A model generated the notes under the pieces. The model was given only the letters and a program-made list of their open reading frames with translations. It was not told the DNA's origin and searched no databases. The position numbers and the translations under genes were made by a program. Source: Octopus sinensis (taxonomy: Eukaryota). Taken from it: a DNA stretch of 64,000 bases. Positions 25,318-37,676 of this stretch are shown one piece after another (position 1 is the stretch's first letter; each line of letters begins with the position of its first letter). The stretch spans positions 205,282,001 to 205,346,000 of the forward strand of contig NC_042998.1 of NCBI RefSeq assembly GCF_006345805.1, read 5' to 3'.

Positions 25318-25705
25318 TCTTTATATATAAAAGAGAGGTTGTGTGCTGTTTGTCTCCTACGATTTAGATTCCTAACTACTCCCACATTTTGCGGTGCAGT
25401 TTAACCAAAACCGGGTATCTTATAGTCGTGATTCATATCGAGCCCTTCTGGGTATTAGCGCGCGTCTACGATTTAAAAAAAAATTTACCATCAATTTTTC
25501 CCATTTTTAATGCATTTTTGGCACATATAAGGGAAGTAACTCTCTAAAAATTTATTATTAAATCTCAGAACGTAAAAAGCTACAGTAACCCCCCCCCCCC
25601 TTTGTGGTTAGCCATATTGAGATGGCTATTATACTTTACATCTCTAAAAATGCTTATATAGTTATTTCCCTTACAAACCCGAGCAACGCCGGGCGATACT
25701 GCTAG
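25318..25705 (+). mobile_element. non-autonomous Helitron
   Basis: A|TC start, subterminal hairpin cccgagcaacgccggg, CTAG|T end; related copy at 58334-58966. Confidence 0.85.
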
Positions 25706-26227
25706 TACTAAATAATATTTAGAAAGAATATTTTGTTCAGTCAAAAGTTTTGGTAACTTATTTGCTTTTTTTGTCACAACGAAAGCAGCTGAGCATTCAA
25801 ATTATATACGCCATCGTGTCGCACCATTTGAAGCTTTGATTTCTTTTGGAGAGAAGAACTCCTTCACTAAAACTTTCCCTGCCTTTTGGTTGATGAAGTG
25901 TTGTGAATGCAGATGACAATCCAAGGACCCAGGTGAAGCAGTGCATGTATGTGTGTGTGTGTGTTGTTCAGTCCTCCATCAACAAGTATATCCAATGAAA
26001 TTCTTTCCAAATCCCTCCCAATTTCATTATCTGCAGAGAAACAGGTTTGTGGAACCACCATATTATTGATTAAAAATCAATAAGCTGTCATAGTGATCAA
26101 TGCCAGTTGTCTCATGTGTTGTTTTAGTAAGCTCGTTTTTAATCACAAATTGCACAAGCTAATGAGCTGCAGAATTGCTTAATTACTGAATTAAAACCAA
26201 ACTTTTTTAACCTCTGATTCTCTTAAG

Positions 26228-26389
26228 ATTGTTGCACAAAAAGAAAACGATTCAGTAAAAGAACTTCTTCCAGATGTTGTGTCACTCAACGGCACCGAAG
26301 AAATATTTGAGAAAGAATTCACCGTTAACAAACAAGATCTTCCAACTGAACATTCACAGAAAGTTCCTCTGTCAAATGGAGTCACTTTG
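26228..26389 (+). CDS. RPGR: RPGR exon (linker)
   Basis: cttaag acceptor, 162 nt, donor gtaaag; IVAQKENDSVKELLPDVVSLNGTEEIFEKEF...SNGVTL; open frame, phase 0/0. Confidence 0.75.
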
Positions 26390-26524
26390 GTAAAGATTTC
26401 CAACTTTGACTGTTTTTTTTTTAATTAATCACGTTATTGTGAATAATGAATGTTGAGATTTCATTCATTCTTTACTCCCAAAGATTGATGATTAATGTTT
26501 TAATCACTGTGTGTGTGTATAAAG

Positions 26525-26970
26525 GTTCTGTGGTTCAATCCGTCCTTCAGCGCTACTGTTGGAACTAATGTAGGTAAAGAATTTTAAAATTTAGTTTCTA
26601 GGCATTTTCCAGCCAACCACAAATGGCATAGAATCTTCAATACAAGACTGCTTAAGGTTAGCTATTCTTGCTGTAAAAAACTCTTCACCTCTCTAATAAA
26701 CCAGCTTAAAACAAAGATTCTAAACAAAAGTGACGGTGCCGCAGAAAGAGATAACCCAAAATGCAATTTCAAAGATCAAAGTTGCTGTCCTTTAAGAAGT
26801 TAGTGTCTAACCAAAGGCATAGTCTTCAGAGCCAGAGTCCAGATGACCAACACAAGTGAGTACAAGACTTGTACAGGCTCTAGAAGAAAGTCTTTCAAAA
26901 TGAGACTATATCTAGAGAAATTCTTTAAGTACTCAGAAAATAGAACTGCAACCAACCCGGCCAAATACAT
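26525..26970 (+). mobile_element. Penelope-like element fragment (RT linker and GIY-YIG endonuclease region)
   Basis: WFNPSFS...TNVGKEF...HFPANHKWHRIFN...VSYSC...CNFKDQSCCPL...CLTKGIVFRARV...SFKMR; contains stops. Confidence 0.7.
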
Positions 26971-27840
26971 ACATATTTATATATCATCATCATCATCATC
27001 GTTTAACGTCCACTTTCCATGCTGGCATGGGTTGGAGGGTGTGACTGAGGACTGGCAAGCCAGAAGGCTGCACCAAGCTCCAGTCTGATCTGGCAGAGTT
27101 TCTATAGCTTGATGCCCTTCTAACGCCAACCACTCTGAAAGTGTAGTGGGTGCTTTTTATGTGCCACCAGTATGGGTCCCAGTCATGTGACACTAGCATC
27201 GACCACCTTCGGATGGTGCTTTTTACTTTGTGTTTCTCTATTTTGAGGTGAAGAGACCCCTTCTTCAGGACATTTGGAAAAGCAGTGGTTGGAAAAAGTT
27301 TGTTGTACAGAAGCGGGGAGGAAGGTGATATGTGCGGAGGACTGCTGTTGCTATAGCCCCTAATCTGCTTCATGTAGTTCTTTCCTGCTCTTAACAGCTG
27401 GTTTCAATTTGTTTATAAGGAGAGCTTCCATAATTCTGAGATTGCCCTTGTTGCATTGGGTTGCCTTGATGGTATCTCTGAAGTTCCACGATTGTGAGCC
27501 TGATGCTCTAACCCCCGAGCCGTGTGTGTGTGTGTGTGTGTTATAGTCATAATCATCATTATGTTGTCAGTCGCTTTGCCTGGATTTCAGCGCTGCATCA
27601 TGCTGCAATGTCTTGGTATGGTTCCTACAACTGAATGCCTTTCCTAATGCTAATATTCTTAGAAATGTCACTGTTGCAGTTGTCACCTTTTAAAAAACTC
27701 ATCTTTAATTGACAAAGCATCTTGTCCGTCTCTTTTTGGTTGTTTTAAAGAACTTGATGATTGTTAGAAAAGAATATCCTCGAATTGTTTCTCAACCTGT
27801 TGATTGGATTCAATATTGTTATTTTAATAACTCATTCCAG

Positions 27841-27967
27841 GACCGAATAGAAAATGAAGAATGTCTGAAAGATGTTCCCATTCCAATGAAGCTTGAAACC
27901 AATCTACAGAGTCAAAATAAAGAACAACCAAAATATCTAAATTCAAAAGAAACCATCGAAGAAAAAG
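27841..27967 (+). CDS. RPGR: RPGR exon (linker)
   Basis: ttccag acceptor, 127 nt, weak donor gttgga; DRIENEECLKDVPIPMKLETNLQSQNKEQPKYLNSKETIEEK; phase 0/1 matches next exon. Confidence 0.75.
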
Positions 27968-28584
27968 GTTGGAATATTTCTGTGAAGGTTTTATATTTTA
28001 TTTTTAATAATCCTAATCCTAATCCTTTCTACTCTAAGCACAAGGCCTGAAATTTTGAGGGAGGGGATCAGTTGATTATATCGACCCCAGTGCGTAACTG
28101 GTACTTGATTTATCGACCCCGAAAAGATGAAAGGCAAAGTCGACGTCGGCAGAATTCGAACTCAGAACGTGAAGACGGATGAAATGTCAGTGAATATTTC
28201 GCCCAGCATGCTACCAATTCTACCAAATATATTCTGTGGTGGTCAATGGTTCTAGAACTGGTGTCTTGTATTATTTTGGGTTAGGGTTAGAAGGTGAAAT
28301 AGCAAAGCACAGTTCGGGGAAAATGGGGGATAATGTCATAGAAAGAGAGTGGATGGGTGGGGGACCAGTCCTGTCTTGTATAATGGAGAGAGAGGGGAGA
28401 GGGTACAGGTTAAGAGAAGAAGGTTTAAGGGGATCTGGTGTTTAGTTCCTCACACCTGTCATTGAACAAGTCAGAATAATTACCTCCTGTTCGCCTTGCT
28501 CAGCTGCTCAGGGATTACCTCTCACAAGAACCCTGTGTCTGGCTGTGGGTTAGGGGTAATGATAATAATAATAATAATAATAAT

Positions 28585-29143
28585 ACAGAGTGTAAGTACC
28601 TTGAGAGAAAAGTTGGACCTAAGAAGCATCAGATGTGGTGTGCAAGAGAGACGACTGCGCTGGTATGGTTATATGGCGAGCGGCTAACCGGCTTCCATGC
28701 CAGTGGCACATAAAAGGCACCATTCGAGTCTGATCGTTACCAGTGTTGCCTTATTGGCACTTGAGCCCCGAGCTAGTAGGGTGCTAAGAGCACCATCCGA
28801 GCATGATCGTTGCCAGCGTGGCTAACTGGCTTCTGTGCCGGTGGCATGTAAAAGGCACCATTTGAGCGTGATCATTACCAAAGTCACCTTACTGGCACCT
28901 GTGCCAGTGGCATGTGTAAAAAGATTCGAGCCAGGTTATTGCCAGACCGCCTGACTGGCCCCCGTGCCGGTGGCACGTAAAAAGCACCCACTACACTCTC
29001 GGAGTGGTTGGTGTTAGGAAGGGCATCCAGCTGTAGAAACTCTGCCAGATCAAGACTGGAGCCTGGTGCAGCCATCTCGTTCGCCAGCTCTCAGTCAAAA
29101 TCGTCCAACCCATGTTAGCATGGAAAGCGGACGTTAAACGATG
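28585..29143 (+). mobile_element. 3' copy of the RTE-tail family
   Basis: STLREKLDLRSIRCGVQERRLRWYG followed by the modular UTR and tail. Confidence 0.8.
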
Positions 29144-29164
29144 AATAATAATAATAATAATCGT

Positions 29165-29547
29165 GAACTTATTGTATACAGTGTTTAGGTGTACTGCAAT
29201 ACATCATAAAAAAGTATTCAAAAGTGCAGAGAATAAAGCGCAGGAAGTGAACAGTGAATGAGTAATTTAAAAAGAAAGTGGGAAGGAGGAATCAGGTGTC
29301 CTTTTGGTGAATGAAAGCATGGAAGTTTTGAAGGATGTAGTGCCTCGAGAGCTAACAACTGATGCAGGTAGTTTATTCCGTGCTTCAGTGTGAAAAAATA
29401 TTTCCAAAAGTCATGGGTGCTCTGTTGTTTTCTGATTTTGTAAGCATGTCCACAAGTATTTGATGTTTAACATTCAAAAAGGTGTCCAAGGTTGTTGTTG
29501 GAAAGATGGGGACAATTTTGTGGGTGTCTAGCAAGTCAGTTGCCAGA
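29165..29547 (-). mobile_element. CR1-like LINE 3' fragment
   Basis: minus strand TCGHAYKIRKQQSTHDFWKYFF...NKLPASVVSS. Confidence 0.6.
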
Positions 29548-29908
29548 TCATCGTTTAACGTCCGCTTTCCATGCTAGCATGGGTTGGACGATTTTGACTG
29601 AGGACTGGCGAACCAGACGGCCACACCAAGCTCCAATCTTGATCTGGCAGAGTTTCTACAGCTGGATGCCCTTCCTAACACCAACCACTCCGAGAGTGTA
29701 GTGGGTGCTTTTTACATGCCAGTCAGGCGGTACTGGCAATGACCTCTCTTGAATCTTTTTACACATGCCACCAGCACAGGTACCAGTAAGGCGACATTGG
29801 TAAGGATCACGCTCGAATGGTGCCTTTTATGTGCCACCGACATGGAGCCAGTTGGCTGCTCTGGCAACGATCCCGCTTGGATGGTGCTCTTAGCACCCTA
29901 CTAGCATG
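29548..29908 (-). mobile_element. 3' copy of the RTE-tail family, inverted relative to 28770-29143
   Basis: reverse-complement similarity over about 360 bp. Confidence 0.8.
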
Positions 29909-29957
29909 AAGAGTCTTATCTTAGTTCAGTGTTAATGTTCCTTTTTTTTTTTTTCAG

Positions 29958-30287
29958 GAAAGAAAGAAGACAGTGAAGATGAAATTAAGGAAATTTCCTG
30001 CAGTGAAGAGGAATTGGTAAGTGGTGAAGATGGAGATGAGAGGAAAAACCAGAAGAACAAGAATGGTGCGAAAGAGAACAACAAAGATTCTTCAGTGAAG
30101 AAAAAGAAAAAGGATAAAAAGCAAAAAGGCAAAAAGCGAAATAAAGGAGTTGAAGTAAATGAAAAAAGGAGTCTGGAAGACGAGAAACTTGCTGAAGGTC
30201 AGCAGGATGAAGAGGAGGAGGAGGAGGAAGTGCAAAAAGAAAATGAAGAAGAAGATTTAGAGAAGAATAACAAAAACAAACAAAAAA
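29958..30287 (+). CDS. RPGR: RPGR exon, purine-rich Glu/Lys region
   Basis: poly-T + cag acceptor, 330 nt, donor gtaaaa; GKKEDSEDEIKEISCSEEELVSGEDG...KKKKKDKKQKGKKRNK...DEEEEEEEVQKENEEEDLEKNNKNKQK; phase 1/1. Confidence 0.82.
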
Positions 30288-31020
30288 GTAAAATTTCTAT
30301 TTTTTTGTCCTATGAATTTAATAACTGAGAAAGGACAAACCCCTAACTTTCTAGAGTTATTTGTGGTGGTTTGTACAAAGTGAACGTGTGTGGAGCAGTA
30401 ATGAACATGTTTAGCTGGAGTGGGTGGTTATAAAGTGAATATGTTTGAGAGAAAGGGGTAGAGTGGGGGGTGGGGGTTAAGTGAGGGATGCTTGTATTTT
30501 AAGCAGACATGTTATATTAATCAATGACAATTCTCTACTTTCATGTCTTCCCATCCCTAAACACATCCCCTTACACTCTCACGAAACACCCCTCTGTATT
30601 ATTTATGCTCCCTCCCCCACTGTCCCCTGTGAGTACACCCCAATACATCTCCAGCACCACCTATTTCTCTCTCTCTCCCAGCCTTCCTTCTTCAGGGGTG
30701 GTCTAATATCTCTCCCATACTAAGACCCAACCACTTCCCTTGCTTTCATTCCTTCTCTCAACTAAGGGGTCATTGTCTTGCAAGTTACTTGGTGACTCCA
30801 CTGGTGCCAGTTGCACATAAAAGGCACCTGTGCCAGTGCTACATGCAAAGCACACACTGCAAAGCGGTTGGCACGAGGAAGGGCATCCAGTTGTAGAAGC
30901 CATGCCAGAGCAGGGCAGTGGACTCTGGTTCAGCTCCTGTCAAACCGTCCAGCCCATGCCAGCATGGAAGATGGACGTTAAATGATGATAAAGATGATGC
31001 CGATGCTGAGTGTTTGTTTG

Positions 31021-31368
31021 TTGAGTGAAGCGGTCTTCGTCCCTTTAGTGGGAGAAGTCCGAAACGTGGTCCTTTGCTATTTGTAAGACCCGCAGAAGAG
31101 AATGCAGGTCAACCCCCGACACCGAGAGCACTGACGGATGGATGAATGCGCATCCAGGCTCAGCAGCTGCGGAGGAAGTCAGGGACAAGAAAGAGGAAGA
31201 AAGAGTGAGAGAAAGTTGGAGCGAAAGAGTACAACAGGGGTTGCTCCCACCCCCTGCCGGAACCTCGTGGAGCTTTAAGTGTTTTCGCTCAATAAACACA
31301 CACAACGCCCGGTCTGGAAATCGAAACCACGAGTCCGCTGCCCTAACCTGGGCCATTGCGTCTCCACT
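31021..31368 (-). mobile_element. tRNA-derived SINE (same family as 7640-8001)
   Basis: closely similar body sequence. Confidence 0.8.
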
Positions 31369-31716
31369 GAAGATGATGCCAATGCTGATGGTAGTGGTGG
31401 TGGTGGTGGTGGTGTGTGTGTGTATGTAGTATCGTCTTAACTGTTGTTGACTTGAAAGACATTCCTGGCCATGAGGAAATGTTACTTTCGTTGGAAGCAG
31501 GGGATGGTTGGTGACATCAAGATGCTTCAATCCAGATCCTGCCAACGTTGCCAAATGGAAATAATGTTTATGACAAGACCCTGGAGGGAAAGTGACAACA
31601 CTAAAATTCAGTCACAACTTTATGATGAATTTGGTGCATTCTTCCAGTGTTTTCTAGAATTGGTGTTTCTAAAAGTGACATAAATTTTATATTTGGTTTA
31701 TGATTTATTGTTTTAG

Positions 31717-31950
31717 GTAAAAAAGGAATTTTAAATATTTTTGGGAAGAAGAAAGTGGTTTCAGACGTAGAGGATGAAAGTGAAAATAAAGAAGGTAAAA
31801 ACACAGAAAAAGAAAGTGAAGAAAAGAAAGAATCTCCAAGAAAGAAGAAAGAAAGCAAGAAGAAAGAGATTAAAAGTGATGAAGACAAAGAGAAAGGGGA
31901 AGAAAAAGTGAAGGGAAAATCTGGGAAGAAGCAGAACCCTCCGAAAAATG
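31717..31950 (+). CDS. RPGR: RPGR exon, Lys/Glu-rich
   Basis: ttttag acceptor, 234 nt, donor gtgaat; SKKGILNIFGKKKVVSDVEDESENKEGK...KSGKKQNPPKN; phase 1/1. Confidence 0.82.
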
Positions 31951-32379
31951 GTGAATTGTTTTGGTTAAATAGTGGTGTTGTTGAGGTTGAATGGCAGCTC
32001 CCTAGTTTGGGCAGTGGTGGCCACATCCTGATGTTCTTAACAATTGTGTCTAACAATTATAGAGTCTTTGCAACTCTGAATGTGAATTGTTTGCTTGTCT
32101 CGCAGCCTCCCTCGATTACCTGGCTTTCAGGATTCATTGCTTGTTTGTAGGTGTATGAATGCCATGTACCGTCTGTCTGTCTGTCCTACTGGGGAAGCCC
32201 AATGTCTCCTCTGTTGTAAGACGGCTGTCCCTGTCCCCCTTTTTACTCCAACCTCTCGCCTGGCACATGGCCACCTCCCTCCGTTCTACTCTCTCTCTCT
32301 CAACTAAGAGGTTTTTGATATATCTCATGAAACCTTACTAGGTTTCTGCAACGACACATATGCACATCATGTCTCCATC

Positions 32380-32604
32380 AGCTTGCTTGAAGGGTCGAAT
32401 CGTCCCCTATCCCCACCAAGAAAAGGGTGATCTAACAAGTGCAGCAAACTGTAGAGGCATTACTCTGATCCCAATTGCAGCCAAAGTTTATAACAAACTT
32501 CTGCTTAATAGAATTGTACCTATGCTTGATCTACCTCTTCATAAGATTTAGAAGGGGCCGGTCAACAACTGCTCAAATCTTCTCAATCACAGCATATCTC
32601 CAAA
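32380..32604 (+). mobile_element. non-LTR RT N-terminal fragment (RTE-like)
   Basis: KGDLTSAANCRGITLIPIAAKVYNKLLLNRI...FRRGRSTTAQIFS. Confidence 0.7.
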
Positions 32605-34790
32605 GGTCCTGGTCTCTTGTCATTGCTTCTGTGAGGCCCAGTGTTCAAAGGTCATGCTTCACCACCTCATCCCATGTCTTCCTGGGTCTACCTCTTCCAC
32701 AGGTCCCTTCCACAGTTAGGGAGTGGCACATCCTCACACAGCTGTCCTCTTCTCTTGTACACCACATTTGATGCTTCTTATGCCTAATTTTTCTCTCAGG
32801 GCACTTACACTCTATCGTGTGTGCACACTGACATTACGCATCCAGTGGATCACACTAGCTTCATTTCTTTCAAGCCTACGCATGTCCTCACCAGTCATGG
32901 CCCATGTTTCACTGCCTTGTACTATGGCATCATACAGTCTACCTTTCATTCCGAGTGAGAGGCCCTTAGTTACCAGCAGAGGTAGAAGCTCCCTGAACTT
33001 TGCCCAGGCTATTCTTATTCTAGCTGCTACATTCTCAGAGCAAACACCTCCCACAACAGACTTAGTCACCTAAGTATCGGAAACTATTAACTACTTCTAG
33101 TTTCTCCCTCTGGCATGTAATGGAATCTCTTTTCTGTACATCTTCAATGTTTATTGCCCCTGTGCATCTGCCACACACAAAAACTATCTTCTTTTGATAT
33201 TGCTGCACCTTTTATGTGTCCATAGCTTACACCAGGTACATCGTATGTAGTTTCTACCCATGCCTTTTCTATTGACCGAGCAGGGCCATCTACCTGAAGT
33301 GGGTTGTGATTTGACAGCTTTCCTACTTACTAAGACTTTGGTTTTGGCTAGGTTAACTCTAAGACTGTTCAATTCTAGACTTTGCTTCCACACCCTAAAC
33401 TTCATCTCCAGTTCTGGCAGTGACTCAGCTATTAGAGCAAAGTCATCAGCATAGAGGAGCTCCCAGGGGTAGCCTGTCTTGAATTCCTGTTATTACCTGG
33501 AGGACTATAATGAATAAGAGGGGGCTGAGGACTGATCCTTGGTGAACTCCTACTTCTACTCAGAATTCTTCACCATTATCTTTGCCAACCCTCACCTTAC
33601 TGACAGCATCCCTGTACAGAGCTTGTACAGCTCTTATCAACCACTCATCTATCCCCAGTTTCCACATTGACCACCAGATAAGGGATTGGCTTTCTCCATG
33701 TCAACAAAAGCCAAATACAAAGGTTTATCTTTGGTTAGGTATTTCTCCTACAGATGCCTTACCAGAAATATAGCATCAGTGGTGCTTCTCCCTGGCACAA
33801 AACCAAACTGCATCTCATCTAGGCTAACTCTCTCCCTAATTAGTTGGGCTATGACTCTCTCTGTAACTTTCATCACCTGATCCAATATTTTGATACCCCT
33901 GTACATATTTCTATCTAAAGCATCACCTTTTCCCTTATAGCAGTTGACTATGGTGCTGCTGCACTAGTCATTGGATATGGCTCCTTCATGAACCCCTGAT
34001 TTACGATGTGGGTGACAAGATCATAACCCACACCGCCCGATATTTTAAACATCCCAGCAGTGTTTCCTGATGGGCTGGGGGCTTTCCCTGTCTTCATATC
34101 CCTAATTGCTTTATCTCCCTGGGTACTGTTGATTTGGATAGCTGGTCCCTCAATTGGGTCAGCCTTTGGCAGATTCTCCTCCTCCCTTTCATTCTCCACA
34201 TTCAGCAGTCTTTCATAATGGCATCTCCAAGTCTCTTTCTTTGCAGAATCATTAAATGCAAGTGCACCATCATCCATGTGGACACATTTCTCTCCTCTGA
34301 CATTATGATTTTCTCTCACACAATGTCTTGCAATCTGAAATACTTCAGTTCTTTGGTCCTCACATCCCTGAACATTGGTAAACTGCTTCTTCCTTTGCTA
34401 ATATATACCTGTCTCCTAGCTTCCCTTCTGGCTATCTGATACATTCTCCTCCTACCCCTGCTCTTCCAGGCATTCCAAGCCTGTTTCTTTGCTCTAATGG
34501 CCATGTCTACAGCATTGTTCCACCACCATGTTACCTTAGGTCTGGAAGGGACTTGGCACCAGCCACAGATTTAGTCTGTGGCACTCAGCAAGCTGTCTCG
34601 CAGGAATTCCCAGCTGCGTTCTTTGTCACAAGACTGTAGCTCCTCCTCCCTATCATCAAATTTCTCAGTACGCATATCCTGAAATCTCTGACCATGTGAA
34701 GAGTCCCTAAGCTTTCAAGTCCTTTTCCAGATTGGTCTGCTTTTTGGCATCCTTCTGGCCTCAAGTCTAAAGTCACTAATAACTAATCTA
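32605..34790 (-). mobile_element. long degenerate RTE-type LINE, same family as 15975-18522, opposite orientation
   Basis: shared peptides such as EKCVHMDDGALAFNDSAKKETWRCHYERLLNVENE and AWAKFRELLPLL. Confidence 0.88.
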
Positions 34791-35538
34791 TGTTGGAGGG
34801 GGGGTGCAATACATACTGTGCTGGTGGCATGTAAAAAACACCCACTACACTCATGGAGTGGTTTGGGGTTAGGAAGGGCATCCAGCTGTAGAAACACTGC
34901 CTGATCAGACTGGAGCCTGGTGCAGCCTCCTGGCTTCCCAGACCCCGGTCGAACCGTCCAACCCATGCTAGCATGGAAAACGGACGTTAAATGATGCTGA
35001 TGATGATACATATTGCATCATATCTCAACAACAGCTTTATCATTTAGCTTCGATTTCACTTTCCATCTTCAAAATTACCAAATAATATTTCTTTGATGTG
35101 TTCTTCTCTTTCTGCAACTCTCTTTCACTTATCTTACTTCTATTATGGTAAATGGATGTTTTTCCGTTGTTAGTCAACCCTTATCTAGCAGACCTCTCAC
35201 TGAAGGCAATTCAACCATGCCTTTTACATTTTTTATAAGGGATTTGCAGGGCTACATTATCTAGTGTGTATGTTCCTTATTTAACGAAATAACAGCCAAA
35301 CCCCCATGAAGCTGACTGAGATTTAGCTGCTATTTTTAGCAGTTTGAGGGATCACGTAGAGGTTGTTTGAGGGAGACATCAATGGCAGTTGTAGGATTTG
35401 AACTTCTGACCAATATGATGGGCAGTTTATTCCACTAATGCATTCCCCATGATTCCTATGTCACTCTTGGGAATTGAACCAACATCAAAGACTTGCTTTG
35501 ATTACAAAGTGTTGATGATTTTAATATTTATATTTTAG

Positions 35539-35606
35539 ATTCTGTTGAAGAGGAGGAGGAGGAGGTGGAAGAGGAGGAGAAGGAAAAAGAGAAAGATGGC
35601 AAAAAG
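35539..35606 (+). CDS. RPGR: RPGR exon, poly-Glu
   Basis: ttttag acceptor, 68 nt, donor gtaaag; DSVEEEEEEVEEEEKEKEKDGKK; phase 1/0. Confidence 0.82.
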
Positions 35607-35639
35607 GTAAAGTATTATATTTTTGCTCTATGAAATTAG

Positions 35640-35825
35640 TAGCAGGGTGAGTGATGGGTGTTGAATTATGAGTGACAAGCTGGGTGAGTGATGGAGTGTT
35701 GACTAATGAGTGACAACAATGTGAGTGGTGGTGGGGTGTTGTTTTATGAATGACAGCAAGGTGAGTGAAATGATGGGTGTTGACTTATGAATGACAGCAG
35801 GGCAACAGGTGGGAGTGTTGATTTA
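35640..35825. repeat. degenerate tandem repeat, about 38-bp unit, about 5 copies
   Basis: recurrent gtgagtgatgggtgttga(a/c)ttatgagtgaca. Confidence 0.6.
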
Positions 35826-37583
35826 TACAACTGATAGTTGAGTGTTAAACTAAAAGATCCCAGGTTCTCATCAGCCCCTCCCCACACACACACACACATT
35901 GTGTTTTTAATTAACAATGTTGGCTCAGTCCACTCTATTGTAAATAGGTGCCACAGTGGTGGTACAGCTAACCATTGGAAATCAAAGCAGTATATTGTGC
36001 TGTTGTTTAGTGCTAGGTCAGCCTTGATCAAAGACAGTCCAACCACAACCATCCCATCATTCTAGAGAATCCAATACATCCTTCCATGTGAGAGATTTTG
36101 ACTGCTATTTCAAACAGGTTGAACAACCATGTAGATGCTTCGTCATTTGATTGTATTGTTAACTGGCAGTCCTGAGTTCAAATCTTAGTTATGACTATAT
36201 TTTTCTCTTGGCTTTACTCCCAGCTAAGTCAACAATTGATTAAAAATTAATCAATTAAAATTAAATCTGTAACGAAAAATCATTAGTGTTAATGACAATT
36301 TTATCATATGACACAAAAGAGAGAAGTCAGGTGTGTCTGCAAAATTTTCCAATGTAATTTTAAATTGTTTAATCAATGAATTATTTTCACAAACTGAAAT
36401 TATGTTCTCTCAGTTGTTCTAAGATCTAACAGATCTTAGAACAACTTAGAACATCCTTTTTTTTTTCTTTGTAGAATTAAGTATGTTAGCCACACTTAAC
36501 TATATTTTCTTTATGCAGAAGGCATCCCTGGTAACATTACTTCTCTCTGCTCTCAGTGAAAATAGTTTTCCAACTTGTTCTTTTGTATAGTTGTGACACT
36601 CTTACGACAAGAAACTTGCTTCTCAGAGATTACTAATTCTATGGCAGATAATGATGATGTCAGTGGTGGTGGTCATGGTGATATGACTTTTTGGACTTTG
36701 ACCTCTCCCAAAACGTCAAGAGGAGTTTTGTACAAAACGTTCGGAATAAAAGTTTCCAGGTTTTAAGTTTAGTTGCTGTGAAATGACAAAAGGGTGCCAC
36801 ACTCACTGTTCCCAGATTCCTTCTTCAGTTTTGGATTTTATTCTAGAACAAAAGGTTTTTCGCAGAAGGGGAGATACTTTTTCGAGAGGAGGGGCTCTTT
36901 GTCAGCTCTACTTCTCTCAGCTTCTTCGGTTTCAGTCAAATATGGAGGAGAATAGGGCTGTTGTGGGAAATGTGAAACCTTTTCTCTGCATCGTTATTTA
37001 ACCTTCTTTTTTCCATGCTGGCATGGGTTGGACACTTTGACGGAAGTTGGTAAGACTAGGGGCCATGCAAGGCTCCAATTGTCTGTTTTAGCTTGGTTTC
37101 TACAGTTGGATGCCCTTCCTAATGTCAACTGCTTTTCAAAGTGTACTGGATGCTTTTTATGTGGGACCAGCATCATCCCTTTTAACATAACGCCAGCATT
37201 GGTGCTTTTAATGTGGTACCAGCATGGGCCCAATCCTCATCATCATCATCATTTAGCGTCCGCTTTCCATGCTGGCATGGGTTGGACGGTTCAACTGGGG
37301 TCTGGGAAGCCAGGAGGCTGCATCAGGCCCAGTCCGATCTGGCAGTGTTTCTACAGCTGGATGCCCTTCCTAATGCCAACCACTCCGTGAGTGTAGTGGG
37401 TGCTTTTTACGTGCCACCCGCACAGGTGCCAGACGGGGCTGGCAAACGGCCACGGACGGATGGTGCTTTTTATATGCCACCGGCACGGAGGCCAAAATTT
37501 GCTAAAATTTAATCACCATTTAGATGTGGTGGCTACTGTAGTCTGAGTGGAGTTACATCCTTGCTTTTGTAAATTTGTTACAG

Positions 37584-37676
37584 GAAGATGCTAAAGATGA
37601 AAAAAGTGAAGAAGATAAAAAGAAAGAAAAGGAAGAAAGTGAAACTATTTTGGAAAATGAGGAGAAAGATAAAAAT
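37584..37676 (+). CDS. RPGR: RPGR penultimate coding exon, Glu/Lys-rich
   Basis: ttacag acceptor, 93 nt, donor gtaagt; EDAKDEKSEEDKKKEKEESETILENEEKDKN; phase 0/0. Confidence 0.83.

Noticed and set aside
36838-36957. Antisense terminal-exon-like frame PYSPPYLTETEEAERSRADKEPLLSKKYLPFCEKPFVLE*
   Set aside because: Only 39 codons, with no recognisable homology or partner exons.
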